Assembly (NCBI GenBank): GCA_964016885.1
Contig: OZ024740.1
Span: 16,306,001 to 16,370,000, forward strand
Reading direction: 5' to 3'
Origin: Eledone cirrhosa
Taxonomy: Eukaryota
Length of the DNA: 64,000 nt
Shown: positions 1 to 9,870 of the stretch, piece by piece
Position numbering within the stretch: position 1 is the first letter of the stretch
How the letters are laid out: every line of letters begins with the position of its first letter
Made by a program: the position numbers and the translations under genes
Notes under the pieces: generated by a model
Seen by the model: only the letters and a program-made list of their open reading frames with translations
Told to the model about the DNA's origin: nothing
The model's database searches: none

Positions 1-817
1 TTCTGCCCACGTCTGATGTGGGTTTTTCTTGCCCACACATGTCCCAAAGCTTTTTGGATTTGGGACTCGGATGCCCGTTCCACTCGGCGCGATTTTACAT
101 TTATCGTTCGATACGACACGGTGCATAGGCGCCGATGCTCCATTTTATTAGGTGGGTGGGGTGGGGGGTGAGGCTTTCTTTACCATTGGCATTTTCTAAA
201 TCCTCCTGAGTTACCGTAAATGCTTCGAACTGTTTTGCTACTATTGCAAAACTGAGGGTCGTTTTTATAATGTCATTGTTGTTGTTGTTGCTATCGTTAT
301 TTGTGTTAATATTAATTTTAGTTTCAGTTGTGGTGGTGGTGACGTCAGTCGTCTTTGGTGGGGAAGAGTCCATTTTGCTTGATTTCATTTCGACATCACG
401 AGTTAATTTATTTTTTTCTTCTTTTGTTTCTGTTGTCGCGGTGGTGGTGGGGGTGGTGGTTGTCGCGGTGGTGGTGGTGGTGGAGGCTTTAACACCTGCA
501 GTCATTGGTAATGGCGGGAAATGAATGTCTGCCTGAGACAAATTTAAAATATTGCTACTGCTTATATTTTTTTTTGTGTTGGCAAACGTAGTAACATTTA
601 CAATGGTGGTGTCGGTGTGAGGTGTTAATTTTTTGAGGAAGGCTTTCAGCTGCTTGGTGCAGAGGTGAATTAGCCATTTTTTCAAAGAAATTTTTTGATA
701 ATAATAAAAGTTTAAATTTTGGGCACAAGGCCACAATCTTTTTGGGTGTCCTTTTCGGAAAACAATGTATGTGCGCTTATAAACACAGTTAACAATAAAA
801 TTTTCCATAAATGACAA
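1..817 (-). pseudogene. Frameshifted ORF1 (gag-like) of copy A with Thr/Asn low-complexity N-terminus
   Basis: ORF 101..817 shifts frame near 130-190 into the conserved ORF1 block at 1-128. The true start codon is uncertain. Confidence 0.65.
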
Positions 818-885
818 TTTTTAACAAACGGAAATAACAAACCTTTGCGGAGCTCACGATGATACGATTTACTACGTAGGTCGCC
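1..885 (-). mobile_element. Tx1/L1-type non-LTR retrotransposon, copy A: 5' end and ORF1 N-terminus (continues beyond the window start)
   Basis: The minus strand of 1-128 translates LCTVSYRTINVKSRRVERASESQIQKALGHVWARKTHIRRGQ, homologous to copy B ORF1 HCTVTYRTVSTKSRRVERATEAQLQKALGSVSQRKTHITRGK. SFAIVAKQFEAFTVTQEDLENA matches copy B FAGIAKNLETILITNGELQEA. The 5' boundary abuts (AAT)19. Confidence 0.8.

Positions 886-942
<57 letters not shown>
886..942 (+). repeat. (AAT)19 microsatellite between the copy A 5' end and the copy B 3' end
   Basis: Read directly: 57 nt of perfect AAT. Confidence 0.98.
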
Positions 943-944
<2 letters not shown>

Positions 945-1205
945 TTTCTTTATTAACCACAAGGGTTTACATAAAGTAGACATTAAGGACAGTGCAGGAC
1001 AATGCAGAACGGTACAAATGGGCATTTCTGCGTGTAAAAAACAAAAACAGAGGATGTAACAAAAATAACAATGAAAAATTCCCCAATAGGGGGGAGACTT
1101 CGGAGGGACATTTGTGGAGAAAGCCCAGTAAAAGGCCACAATGACCCTGACCACCAAGGCAAGTGCCCTCTCCCAGTTTTCCACCTTTAATTTACAGATA
1201 TATAC

Positions 1206-3678
1206 TCAGAGTAGCCCATTCACTCGGGCCATTCTTGCTTCTCTCACCCATCTTTCAACAAAATGCTGGGCAGAGAGCACTTCCCTCTCTACTCTGATTT
1301 TCCTTTTCAAATGAAATTTGAAAAAGTCAATCAGAGCATCACCGAAGAGGTAAGTGCTCGTCTTCAGCCCTTTCAAACGTGTCCACCATACTATCTCTTT
1401 CGCCATGGCCACCAGACAGATAAAAACTGCCTGCCCTTCCCGGCTAAAGGAGGAGGGCGGGGCGATCCTCACGATGGACTCAGATGATAGCCGGATACGT
1501 CCTAAACGCGACAGCAGGTGTTCGACATAAACCCACAAGTCAGCAATTTTCGGACACTGGACGAGTGCGTGCAGGACGGTTTCGTCGCCCTGCGCGCATC
1601 TCGGACATGCCCGGCTGACGGCACCTCCATGCCTGTAGAGTTTATCCCGAACTGGCAAAGCTCCTCGGTAGCACTGCCAGGCCAGGGATTTCTGGAAGTT
1701 GTCCATAGGCCCCGGCCCGAAAGTCCTTCCGAAGAGATTGGCTAGTTGATTTTCGTCGACGCCTAGAGTTTCTCCAAGTACGTCGTCGCTCTTCCCCTCC
1801 ACTAATCCCCTATAGAACGCCAAGGTGGAGTTTCCACCGATCACATTGCCCGATTGGTCGAGGGCTGTGAGCGCCTGAAGACATTCCAGTCTCCAAGCGC
1901 TCCCTCTCGGTCTTCGCTTGACCCAGGACTGCAGCTCCGTCAAGGAGACGAGCTGGGGAAAAACGTGTCTTGCAAACGGCGACCACACCTGATCACCATC
2001 GAGGAAGAGGCGGAGATGTCGTAGCCTGAGCGCGTGTCTGCGCATCATCAGCCACGGCATGCCCAGCCCTCCACGTAGCGGGTGTTGACAGCAGATGGAC
2101 CGCCTGACCACGTAGCGGGTGTTGTCCCTTCCACAAAAAGTGAAAGAGCAAACGCTCCAGCGCAGTCAGGCGAGGCTTAGGATAAGGTACGACGGTCAGG
2201 CGGTAGCAGATGACAGACGCAATGTACGCGTTAGCCACCTCCGCTTGACCTTTCAGGGATAGCTTCCTCTCGGCCCATTTCTGGGTGAGAGAAGCCACCC
2301 TGCTCGTCACCTCGTCCCAGTTTTTGTCCGTCTGGAGGTCCGGACCGAACCAGACCCCTAGCAATTTAACCGGTCCGTCCGTCCAGCGTCTGACGACGCT
2401 GTTGGACGGCATGGACCTGCCTCTCCAGGTGCCGAGCTGCAGGCCCACTGACTTTTCCTGGTTGATCATTGCTCCTGTCACCGCTTCGTATTCTCTTAGT
2501 GTAGTGCCGATCGCCTCGATGTGTTTGACGTTCGACACCACTCCGGTGACATCTTCCGCATATGCTGACACGGATCTTCCGCATCCTAGTTCGCGCGGGA
2601 CGCCCCTCGACGTCTCCAGTTTGTGCAGTAATGGCTCGAGAGTCAATATGTACAAGAGGGACGAGAGGGGACATCCTTGGCGGACCGAGCGCATGATGTT
2701 GAACGGTTCCGACAGGTGACCGTTCACTCTCACCATAGAGCAGATGTCGCTGTGCATGGCAGCGATCCAGCCTCTGAAGACGGGCCCAAAGCCAGCCGCC
2801 CTCAGGACTGCCGCTAGGTAACGATGGTCGACCCTATCGAAAGCTTTCGACTGATCTAAATTGATCAAGGACCCACCCGTGCCCGGTTCCCTAGTTACTC
2901 TCTCTACGGTGTATCGCATGAGGTGGAGGTTGTCGTGGATGGATCTGTCGGGAATGGCGCATGTCTGCGCCTCTCCCACCAGACCACCAACGAATTTGTG
3001 GTCCGTGTAGCTGACTATCTTGAATTGTGGACAGCCTATGCTAGACCTATCTATTTCCCTACAAAATACTCTATCTAGATATGATCTGGATGACCCTATG
3101 CGATTTGTCCAAGTCCACATTGGTACATTCGTGAAATCCATTCGGTACCTGTCAGACAGTTCAAAACGTCTGAGCAGGTTGGTGAGGCTCTTGCACCCTC
3201 CTTCCCTATCCACTAATCCCACACAATCCCAGCGTGCATCTAAGATCCCGTTCCAGTCGCCCACTAACACTAAAGAGCGGGACGTTCCAAGAAAAGTCTC
3301 CAGACGCCGGAAGAAATCAGGCCGCCCTGCTCCTGTCGGGGCATAGACGGCCACTAACCTGAAAGCTTGCCCGTCTCCGCTGGTCACGTCCAGCACCACC
3401 AACTTACCTTCTGGGTCCAGGAAGATGGCCCGTATGGCAAGATCCAAACTTCTCCGAAAAAGCACAGCAACTCCTCCCCCCGATCCCGGACGGCTGGGAG
3501 ATGCGTACACATCGTAGCCGCCGAAGATCGGTGCGAAGGCCCGTGCTTCGGAGATTCTGGTCTCGCTGATGGCCACTACATCTATGTTTAGTGACCTGAG
3601 GTCATTTAGCAGGTGGCCCTGCTTCCATGACGACCCCAAGCTACGCGCATTTATGCTGCCTATTCTGAGTGAGGTCAT
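1206..3678 (-). pseudogene. ORF2 of copy B: APE endonuclease + partial reverse transcriptase + CCHC finger (disrupted)
   Basis: APE motifs SINARSL, AISET, AVYAP, VGDWN, SYLDRVF, TDHKFV. RT motifs LDQSKAFDRVDH, VRQGCPLS, YAED (for YADD), KLLGVWF. C-terminal CPRC..ETVLHALVQC. In-frame deletion near 2,989 and frameshift near 2,110. Confidence 0.92.
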
Positions 3679-3712
3679 GTTGAAATGGGGTGGAAAAGAT
3701 GGGAAAGACCAC

Positions 3713-5320
3713 TTACCGTACTTTTCGTAGAGGAAGGATGGTTTCTCCATCCCTTTTCACTTGATCGTCTGGTGAAGGGACCGTTGAATCGTCCCTTCGG
3801 CTGGTCGTCGGCTCTTCTATGAGTATGTCCGAATATACTCTCCGGTTGAGAGTCCCTCCTAGGTCTCTGAAATCACCAACTGCGTTGGGGAATTTCGTTT
3901 TAATGTTCGTGTATTGTTTCTGTGCTATTCTTACCAGTCTTATGTTCGTTGGTGTTTTGATTGGTGCTGGTATTATGTAGTCGTGCTGTGAAATGTCTGT
4001 GTGTTCAATTATGTAAGTCATTAGTTTCTTATTGTTTGTATTTATTGCCGTGCATTTGTTTTTCTGGGGGTGGGGTGTGGTTCTGCTATTTTCTTGTCGT
4101 TGTTGCTGGGTGTGTGTGTTTTGTTGTTGTGTTTGCGGTGTTGGTGCTTGTGGTGGTGGTGTTGAAGGTGTTGTTGTTGTTGGCGGTGGGGTTGTCGCCG
4201 GTGGTGATGCTGGTGCTAGTGTGGGTGGTGATGGTGTTGGTGGTGTTGCTGCTGTGAGTCTCTTTGCAGTAGCCTTTACCCTTTTTTCATTTCTTCCTCC
4301 CTTTTCGAAGGCGACGATGCGCTGCTTCTGCGTTTGTGCCTTCTTGCGACCTTTTGCCATCCCTCTCCCACCTCACACTCCATATCTGATTCTGTGAGGT
4401 CGGGGAGGGGTACCAGCTCTACTCTTTCACTTGTTGTTGTTGGTGATGTTTGCAGTGGAGTCTCTGTTGGAGCTGCAGTTGGTATTACTGTTGTTGTTGT
4501 TAATACTTCCACTGCTGCTGCTGTTCTTGATTTCCGTGGCGTGGGTATGCGTGCCACGGACCTATCGTTCCTGGTTGCCGCTTGTCCCGTTGCTGGTAGC
4601 AGTGGAGCCGGTTTCGGAAGGAGGGAGGTTTTCTCCTTTCTCAGGGTCTTCTCGTTGCAGAAGGCCCTGAGGTGAGTCTTCGATCCACAGCGAAAGCATT
4701 TCGGGCGTTTGCCCTCAACACTTATAGGCCGTTATCGAAGTCTATCACATCTGGGATAGCTTCGATGCACTCCTGGTTGGTTTGGATTAACATCTCAATG
4801 GAGGTGCCGACCCAATCTTCGCTTACTCTTTTCTGTACTTGCAGTACAGTTGTTTTGTCCTCGATTCCGACGAGGACAGACGCGGCCAGCCAAGAAGGGG
4901 CCATCCCGGGGGGGGGGGGACGTGGGTCAGTTTGACCCTCACAATTTTTTGCCCGCAGTAGGAGGGCACCAACACCATTTCCTCGCTCCTTAGGGTCACT
5001 AAGGATTGAGCCTTTGCCTCCTGGGGTGTGGCAAAAAGCACGTCTACGGTGGCATATTTCTTGCCTCGGGTGATATGCGTTTTCCGCTGCGACACAGACC
5101 CTAAGGCTTTTTGTAGTTGAGCCTCTGTGGCTCTTTCAACCCTACGGGATTTTGTGCTTACTGTACGGTACGTGACTGTACAGTGCTGTTGGGTTTCGAA
5201 AGATTTTTCGGCTGCCTTGCAGATTGCTCGGTATCCGGTTTTCGTCCCTATCTTCTTCGCTTCCTGTAATTCCCCATTTGTTATGAGGATGGTTTCCAGG
5301 TTCTTTGCGATACCTGCAAA
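3713..5320 (-). pseudogene. ORF1 of copy B (gag-like, CCHC zinc knuckle, Pro/Thr-rich), broken by several frameshifts
   Basis: Pieces in ORFs 4823..5389 (part), 4722..4904, 4276..4557 and 3713..4360. The minus strand at 4657-4698 encodes CFRCGSKTHLRAFC (C-x2-C-x4-H-x4-C). Confidence 0.82.
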
Positions 5321-5717
5321 ATAGACCTGACCTGGTGGTTTTGGACAAGGAAAAAAGATCGTGCCTGATTGTGGATGTGGCCTGCCCATTCGACACGAGA
5401 GTGCAAGAGAAGGAGAGGGAGAAAATTAACCGATACCAGGACTTAAAGTGGGAGGTAAAAAGGATTTGGAACTGCCATGAAGTCAAAGTGGTCCCGATTG
5501 TCATAGGCGCACTAGGTACTATCTCAAAGAGTTTCCAGGGATGGTTAAAGAAAATTAGCCCCGCCCCGCTTTTTGGAACACTTCAAACGGCATGATTGCT
5601 GGGAACAGCAAGAACCCTCCGATACGTCCTGAATATCTGAGGCTGCAGGTAGTGGCTTGATATTCATTTCAACAAACTTTCCAGTTAACCAACATCAATG
5701 ACTGAGACTCAAAGAAC
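5320..5717 (+). mobile_element. 3' fragment of an R4/Dong-like non-LTR retrotransposon (restriction-like endonuclease domain + 3' UTR)
   Basis: NRPDLVVLDK..CLIVDVACPFD..KEREKINRYQDLK..VVPIVIGALGTI is a PD..D RLE domain. It reads past a premature TGA (5593-5595) as LLGTARTLRYVLNI* to 5640. A short 3' UTR runs into (AAT)9. Confidence 0.85.
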
Positions 5718-5744
5718 AATAATAATAATAATAATAATAATAAT
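5718..5744 (+). repeat. (AAT)9 microsatellite shared by the R4-like 3' end (left) and the copy C 3' end (right)
   Basis: Read directly. Confidence 0.97.
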
Positions 5745-7932
5745 GATTTCTTTATTGGCCACAAGGGCTGACATCAAGAAAAACATTACAGGTGGCACAG
5801 GACGGTACAGGACGGTACGATGTGGGTTTTGTGCGTGTAAAGATTTTTATTATTTATATAAGAAAAGAAAAAAAAAGGACATAGAAACATATATATATAT
5901 AAACAATAAAAATGAAAATTGAAACAATGAAAAATTCCCCAATGGGGGGGGGGGGGGACCTCCGAGGGTTACTCGTGGTGAAAACCTCAGAAAAGACCAC
6001 GGCTACCCTGACCACCAGGGCAAGCGCCCTCTCTCAATTTTTCCATTTCTCAAACTACAGACGTATATTCAGAGTGGTCCCGTTCACTCAGACCATTCTC
6101 GCTACATTCACCCACCTTTCAACAAACTTGCTAGAAGGCAGCACTTGCCTCTCTACCCTGATTTTCCTCTTCAAGTGAAACTTGAAAAAGTTAATTAGGG
6201 ATTCGCCGAAGAGGAAAGTGTCTGTCTTTAACCCTTTTAACCTTGTCCACCACACAATCTCTTTCGCCATGCCATGGCCACCAGGCAGATGTAAACCGCC
6301 TGCCCTTCCTCCTCGAAGGAAGACGGCGAGACCATCTGCACAATGGACTCAGTCGATAACCGGATCAGTCCTACACGCCTCTGCCACCCGGGCCCATTGG
6401 ACGGCTTTTGCCCCCTCGTGTTTCAGAGCACGCGCTCTAGCTCTGACAACGCAGCCTTTGTGTTTTGCGTTGAAGAATTGGTCGAGTGCCAATCTCGCCG
6501 CAAGCACGTCGGTTGCGATGCCTGTCCTAAACGCCTCTTCTAGCTTTCTGACTAACTCTCCCTCTACTCTATTTTCCTCTATCACTACTCCTTTGCTAAA
6601 CCTAATCGACTACTTTAATTGCCCTTTTCAGGGCGAACCACCACCTGTTGTTGACGACCACTCCCGTCAACGCCCGCTTAACTAATACGCTAATCCGGTC
6701 TCTGTAGGCTTTGCGCGCCGGGAAAGACGCGTTCAGCTTCCAGTAACCGGGCCCTTGTCTATGAAGTCTGTCTATGTCGATCTCACAGATCACAAATTTG
6801 TGGTCTGTGTAGTCGATGATTTTAAATTGTGGACAACTTATACTAGCCTTATCTAGTTCTCTGCAGAATACCCTATCAAGATGCGATCTGGATGACCCGA
6901 TGCGGTTTGTCCATGTCCACATTGGCACATTCGGGTGATCCAGTCGATACCTGTCAGACAATTCAAAACGTCTGAGCAGGTTGGTGAGGCTCTTGCACCC
7001 TCCTCCCCTATCCACTAGCCCACACAATCCCAGCGTGCATCCAAGATACCGTTCCAGTCGCCCACTAACACTAAAGAGCGGGACGTTAAAGAAAGGTCTC
7101 TAGACGTCTGAAGAAATCTGGCCGTCCTGCCCCTGTTGGGGCGTAGACGGCTACTAGCCTGAAAGCATTGCCTTCGCTGCCAGACACGTCCAGCACCACC
7201 GACTTACCCTCTGGGTCTAGGAAGATGGCCCGTATGGCGAGATCCAAGCCTCTCCGAAAAAGGAAGCCCCCCCCCCCGATCCTGGACGGCTGGGAAATGC
7301 GTATACATCGTAGCCGCCGAAGATCGGTGCGAAGGCTTGTGCTTCGGAGATTCTGGTCTCACTGATGGCTACCACATTTATGTTTAGTGACCTGAGGTCG
7401 TTGAGCAGGTGACCCTGCTTCCAAGATGACCCCAGGCCACGTACATTTATACTGCCTATTCTGAGTACGGCCTTGTTGGATGAGAAACGGGGCAAGTGAG
7501 AAAGGGTCACTTACCTTGATCGTGTGGTGAAGGGACAGTAGAACCGTCCCTTTCGCTGGTCATGGGTGTTTCCAAGAGGATGTCAGTGTATATCCTCTTG
7601 GTAACCGACCCTCTGAAGTCTCCAACTGGGGAATTTTTGTTTTAAAGGTTTGTACTGTTCTATTGAGATTTCAATGATGCTTATGTTTGTCGGGAGAGTT
7701 CTTGGTGTTGGTACGGTGTAGTAGTTTTTTCTGTGATGTTTGTGTGCTGCTTTATATATTGTATGAGTTCTTTTTTTTTGCCATGTTTATGGCTGTGTAC
7801 CTTTTGGGGGGAGGGGTGATTTTGTTGCTGTTTCCTTCTTGTTGCTGTTTGGTGTGTGTGTCTTGTTTTGTTTGCGTTTTGTTGTTTTTGGTGATGCTGG
7901 TGGTGGTGTGGTCGTTGTTGGCGGTTGCGCGT
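5745..7932 (-). mobile_element. Tx1/L1-type copy C: 5'-truncated, RT-less deletion derivative
   Basis: ORF1 C-terminus, APE domain (LRIGSINVRGL..AISET..YTDHKFV), linker GPGYWKLN, then a jump near 6,378 to the ORF2 C-terminus (MAKEIVWWTRLKG..). The 3' UTR is homologous to copy B. (AAT)n lies on both sides. Confidence 0.9.
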
Positions 7933-7933
7933 T

Positions 7934-7948
7934 AATAATAATAATAAT
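7934..7948 (+). repeat. (AAT)5 microsatellite between the copy C 5' end and the SINE 3' end
   Basis: Read directly. Confidence 0.95.
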
Positions 7949-8154
7949 GATTTCTACTCTAAGCACAAGGCCAGAAATTTGGGGAGAGGGGAAAATCTAT
8001 TAAATCGGCTCCAGTACATTACTGGTATTTTATTTTATCGACCCCGTAAAGATGAACGGCAAAGCTAACCGCGGTGGAATTTTAATGTAAAGGATCATAA
8101 TTTTATGCCGCAAAGCATAGTGTCCGACGCTCTATCGATACTACCAATCCACCC
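7949..8154 (-). mobile_element. tRNA-derived SINE, near full length
   Basis: The reverse complement aligns with the SINE at 9287-9480 (head, central ..TTCATCTTTACGGGGTCGATAAAAT.. block, tail CCTTGTGCTTAGAGTAGAAATC(ATT)n). Confidence 0.85.
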
Positions 8155-8172
8155 AATGAAAATTATTGTGGC

Positions 8173-8214
8173 AGGTGCACTACAACTCATCAAAGGTGCA
8201 CTACAACTCATCAA
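8173..8214 (+). repeat. 21-bp tandem duplication (AGGTGCACTACAACTCATCAA x2)
   Basis: Read directly. Confidence 0.9.
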
Positions 8215-8329
8215 AAGTTCATGTATATTGCATAGAATAATGTACAAATGTCAGGAAAAGGAGAAGTGTATGAGTCAAGATGCACATACAAACAGACAGA
8301 CCCCCCCCCCCACACACACACACACATGA

Positions 8330-8915
8330 GTGGCGTGTGTGTGTATGGAGGGAGAATATCAGGTGTAGTGCTGACGAATTTCGGGAAGCGTGAAGTTTTT
8401 AAAGGATGCAGTGTCTCAACAGCTAACAACTGATGCAGGCAGTTTGATCCATGCTTCAGCAACTCTGAGCGTTAAACAATGTTTCCAAAAGTCATGGCAG
8501 CTGTGCTGTTTTCTGACTTTGTAAGCATGTCCATAGGTGTTAGTCACATGGAAATCAAAAAGATACTCATGGTTGTTGTTGGCAAGATGGTTAACAATCT
8601 TGTGGGTGTCTACCAAGTCAGTTGCCAGATGTCGGAGCTTCAATGGGAAGCAAGGTATTCAGAAAATGGTAGATGCCTGATGGAGGTTATTCGCTTAGTT
8701 GCACGTCTCTGAACAATTTCCAGGAGGTCAAATATCCTGAGCAAGATAAGAGTTCCAGGCTGGTGATACAAATTCTAACTATGGCCACACCATAGCTATA
8801 TACAACTTTAAATATATTGGAGAGCGGCTGACAAAGGTCTTACTGAGTGATGTTAAGCCACCCTCGGCCTTCTTGAAAATTTTAGAGATGTGCTCTGTCC
8901 AATACAAAACTCTAC
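8330..8915 (-). mobile_element. CR1-clade LINE 3' fragment (degenerate)
   Basis: Minus strand: LKLYIAMVWP*LEFVSPAWNSYLAQDI/DLLEIVQRRA..DLVDTHKIV..TYGHAYKV..LRVAEAWIKLPASVVS, the typical CR1 ORF2 C-terminus, with stops and frameshifts. Ends are approximate. Confidence 0.8.
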
Positions 8916-9286
8916 CGTACAAGTCCCTCCTATATTTCTCATCTAGCATCCATTACAAACCTCTACTCCTAGCCTACATGTTTAACCCTACTCATCTCTT
9001 TATCTCTTCCTCCTGTCATTAAAGTATTTACTTTATTCCTTGATACATATTTAAAGTCTTCAAGGAAATCTAACAACGTACAACTGTCTAGCTATTGACC
9101 TTTCAGAGAAGACATCGTTGCCTGCAATGATTTGTTTCATGTCTTAACCCTTTTAATACCAAACCAGCCTGAAATCACCCTCGTCATATAATACACAACT
9201 GCTCCTTTTATAATGTTCATACTTATATTAAAACCTATCATCATTATTTTACGATAAAATAATGATGATAGGTTTTAATATGATAT

Positions 9287-9480
9287 GGCGGAGGTTTGGC
9301 AGTATCGGTAGAGGGTCGGACGCCATGCTTTGATGCATAGAGTTACGGCCCTTGCCATTCTGAGTTCAAATCCTGCCGAGGTTAAACTTTGCCTTTCATC
9401 CTTACGGGGTCGATAAAATAAAGTACTAGTAATACATTGGGATAATTGCTGGCCTTGTGCCAAACGTAGAAACAATTATT
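9287..9480 (+). mobile_element. tRNA-derived SINE with Pol III A/B boxes
   Basis: A box TGGCAGTATCGG (~9297), B box GTTCAAATCC (~9364), central GCCTTTCATCCTTACGGGGTCGATAAAATAAGTAC, tail CCTTGTGCCAAACGTAGAAACAATTATT. It lies between 20-bp direct repeats. Confidence 0.88.
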
Positions 9481-9548
9481 TTACGATAAAATAAAGTACC
9501 AGTTATGGACTGGGGTCGATTTAATCGACTTTCCCCTCCCCTAAATTT
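9481..9548 (+). mobile_element. Remnant of an older SINE of the same family, interrupted by the 9287 copy
   Basis: CGATAAAATAAAGTACCAGTTATGGACTGGGGTCGATTTAATCGACTTTCCCCTCCCC matches the body of the 7949-8154 copy. A degenerate upstream part lies at ~9233-9262. Confidence 0.65.
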
Positions 9549-9589
9549 AGGAAACGGCACAGAGCATAATGAAAAAAATTAAATATGTA

Positions 9590-9866
9590 CATATCCCTGA
9601 GAGAGTCGTGGGGGCTGAGTCCTCAAACACTCCGTCCAGTGGGTCCTGTCAGAAACAACCATCTCCAACTGATCCGGCTGGATCCCCAAGCAAGACCAGC
9701 CAAGCTCATGGATGTTATTCAACCACATTGCTCGGGGTCAACTCCTGGGTCTCCTGCCAGTAAAATCTGTCCAACAATTCTTTCCTGAGACATTCTAACC
9801 ACATGCCCATAGTATCAGATCTGTGATCTCTCAATTTGGATAAGTAGCAGCTCTAACATGAGTGAC
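9590..9866 (-). mobile_element. RTE-clade (Rex3/Expander-like) LINE 3' fragment
   Basis: Minus strand: LLIQIERSQI*YYGHVVRMSQERIVGQILLA / GRRPRS*PRAMWLNNIHELGWSCLGIQPDQLEM, an RTE C-terminal signature. Confidence 0.78.
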
Positions 9867-9870
9867 GATT

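Larger units (their letters stand above)
943..5320 (-). mobile_element. Tx1/L1-type non-LTR retrotransposon, copy B (5'-truncated, internally deleted)
   Basis: ORF1 with CCHC knuckle; ORF2 with APE endonuclease, RT and C-terminal CCHC; 3' UTR ending AATAAA-GAAATC-(ATT)n on the minus strand. Tx1 clade assignment is from motif style, not a phylogeny. Confidence 0.9.

Noticed and set aside
878-890. TGGCGAC (minus strand) as an LTR primer-binding site
   Set aside because: There is no LTR next to it, and the downstream sequence is ORF1 of a non-LTR element.
270-1184. ORFs 270..524, 712..960 and 789..1184 as membrane proteins
   Set aside because: The poly-Ile/Leu/Val runs come from (AAT)n and from the antisense of Thr-rich ORF1.
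3708-3722. GGTAAGT splice donor at the ORF1 end (also at ~7510-7518 in copy C)
   Set aside because: It overlaps the ORF1 stop region, no matching acceptor was identified, and the observed deletions do not start there.
3961-4935. Plus-strand Val/Gly-rich ORFs
   Set aside because: They are antisense shadows of the low-complexity retrotransposon ORF1.
4823-5389. The 188-aa ORF as a single protein starting at 5389
   Set aside because: Its first ~23 codons are the antisense of the R4-like fragment, so the ORF crosses a junction between two elements.
9287-9375. tRNA gene
   Set aside because: A and B boxes are present but I find no convincing cloverleaf. It continues into SINE body and tail and has a diverged copy at 7949-8154.
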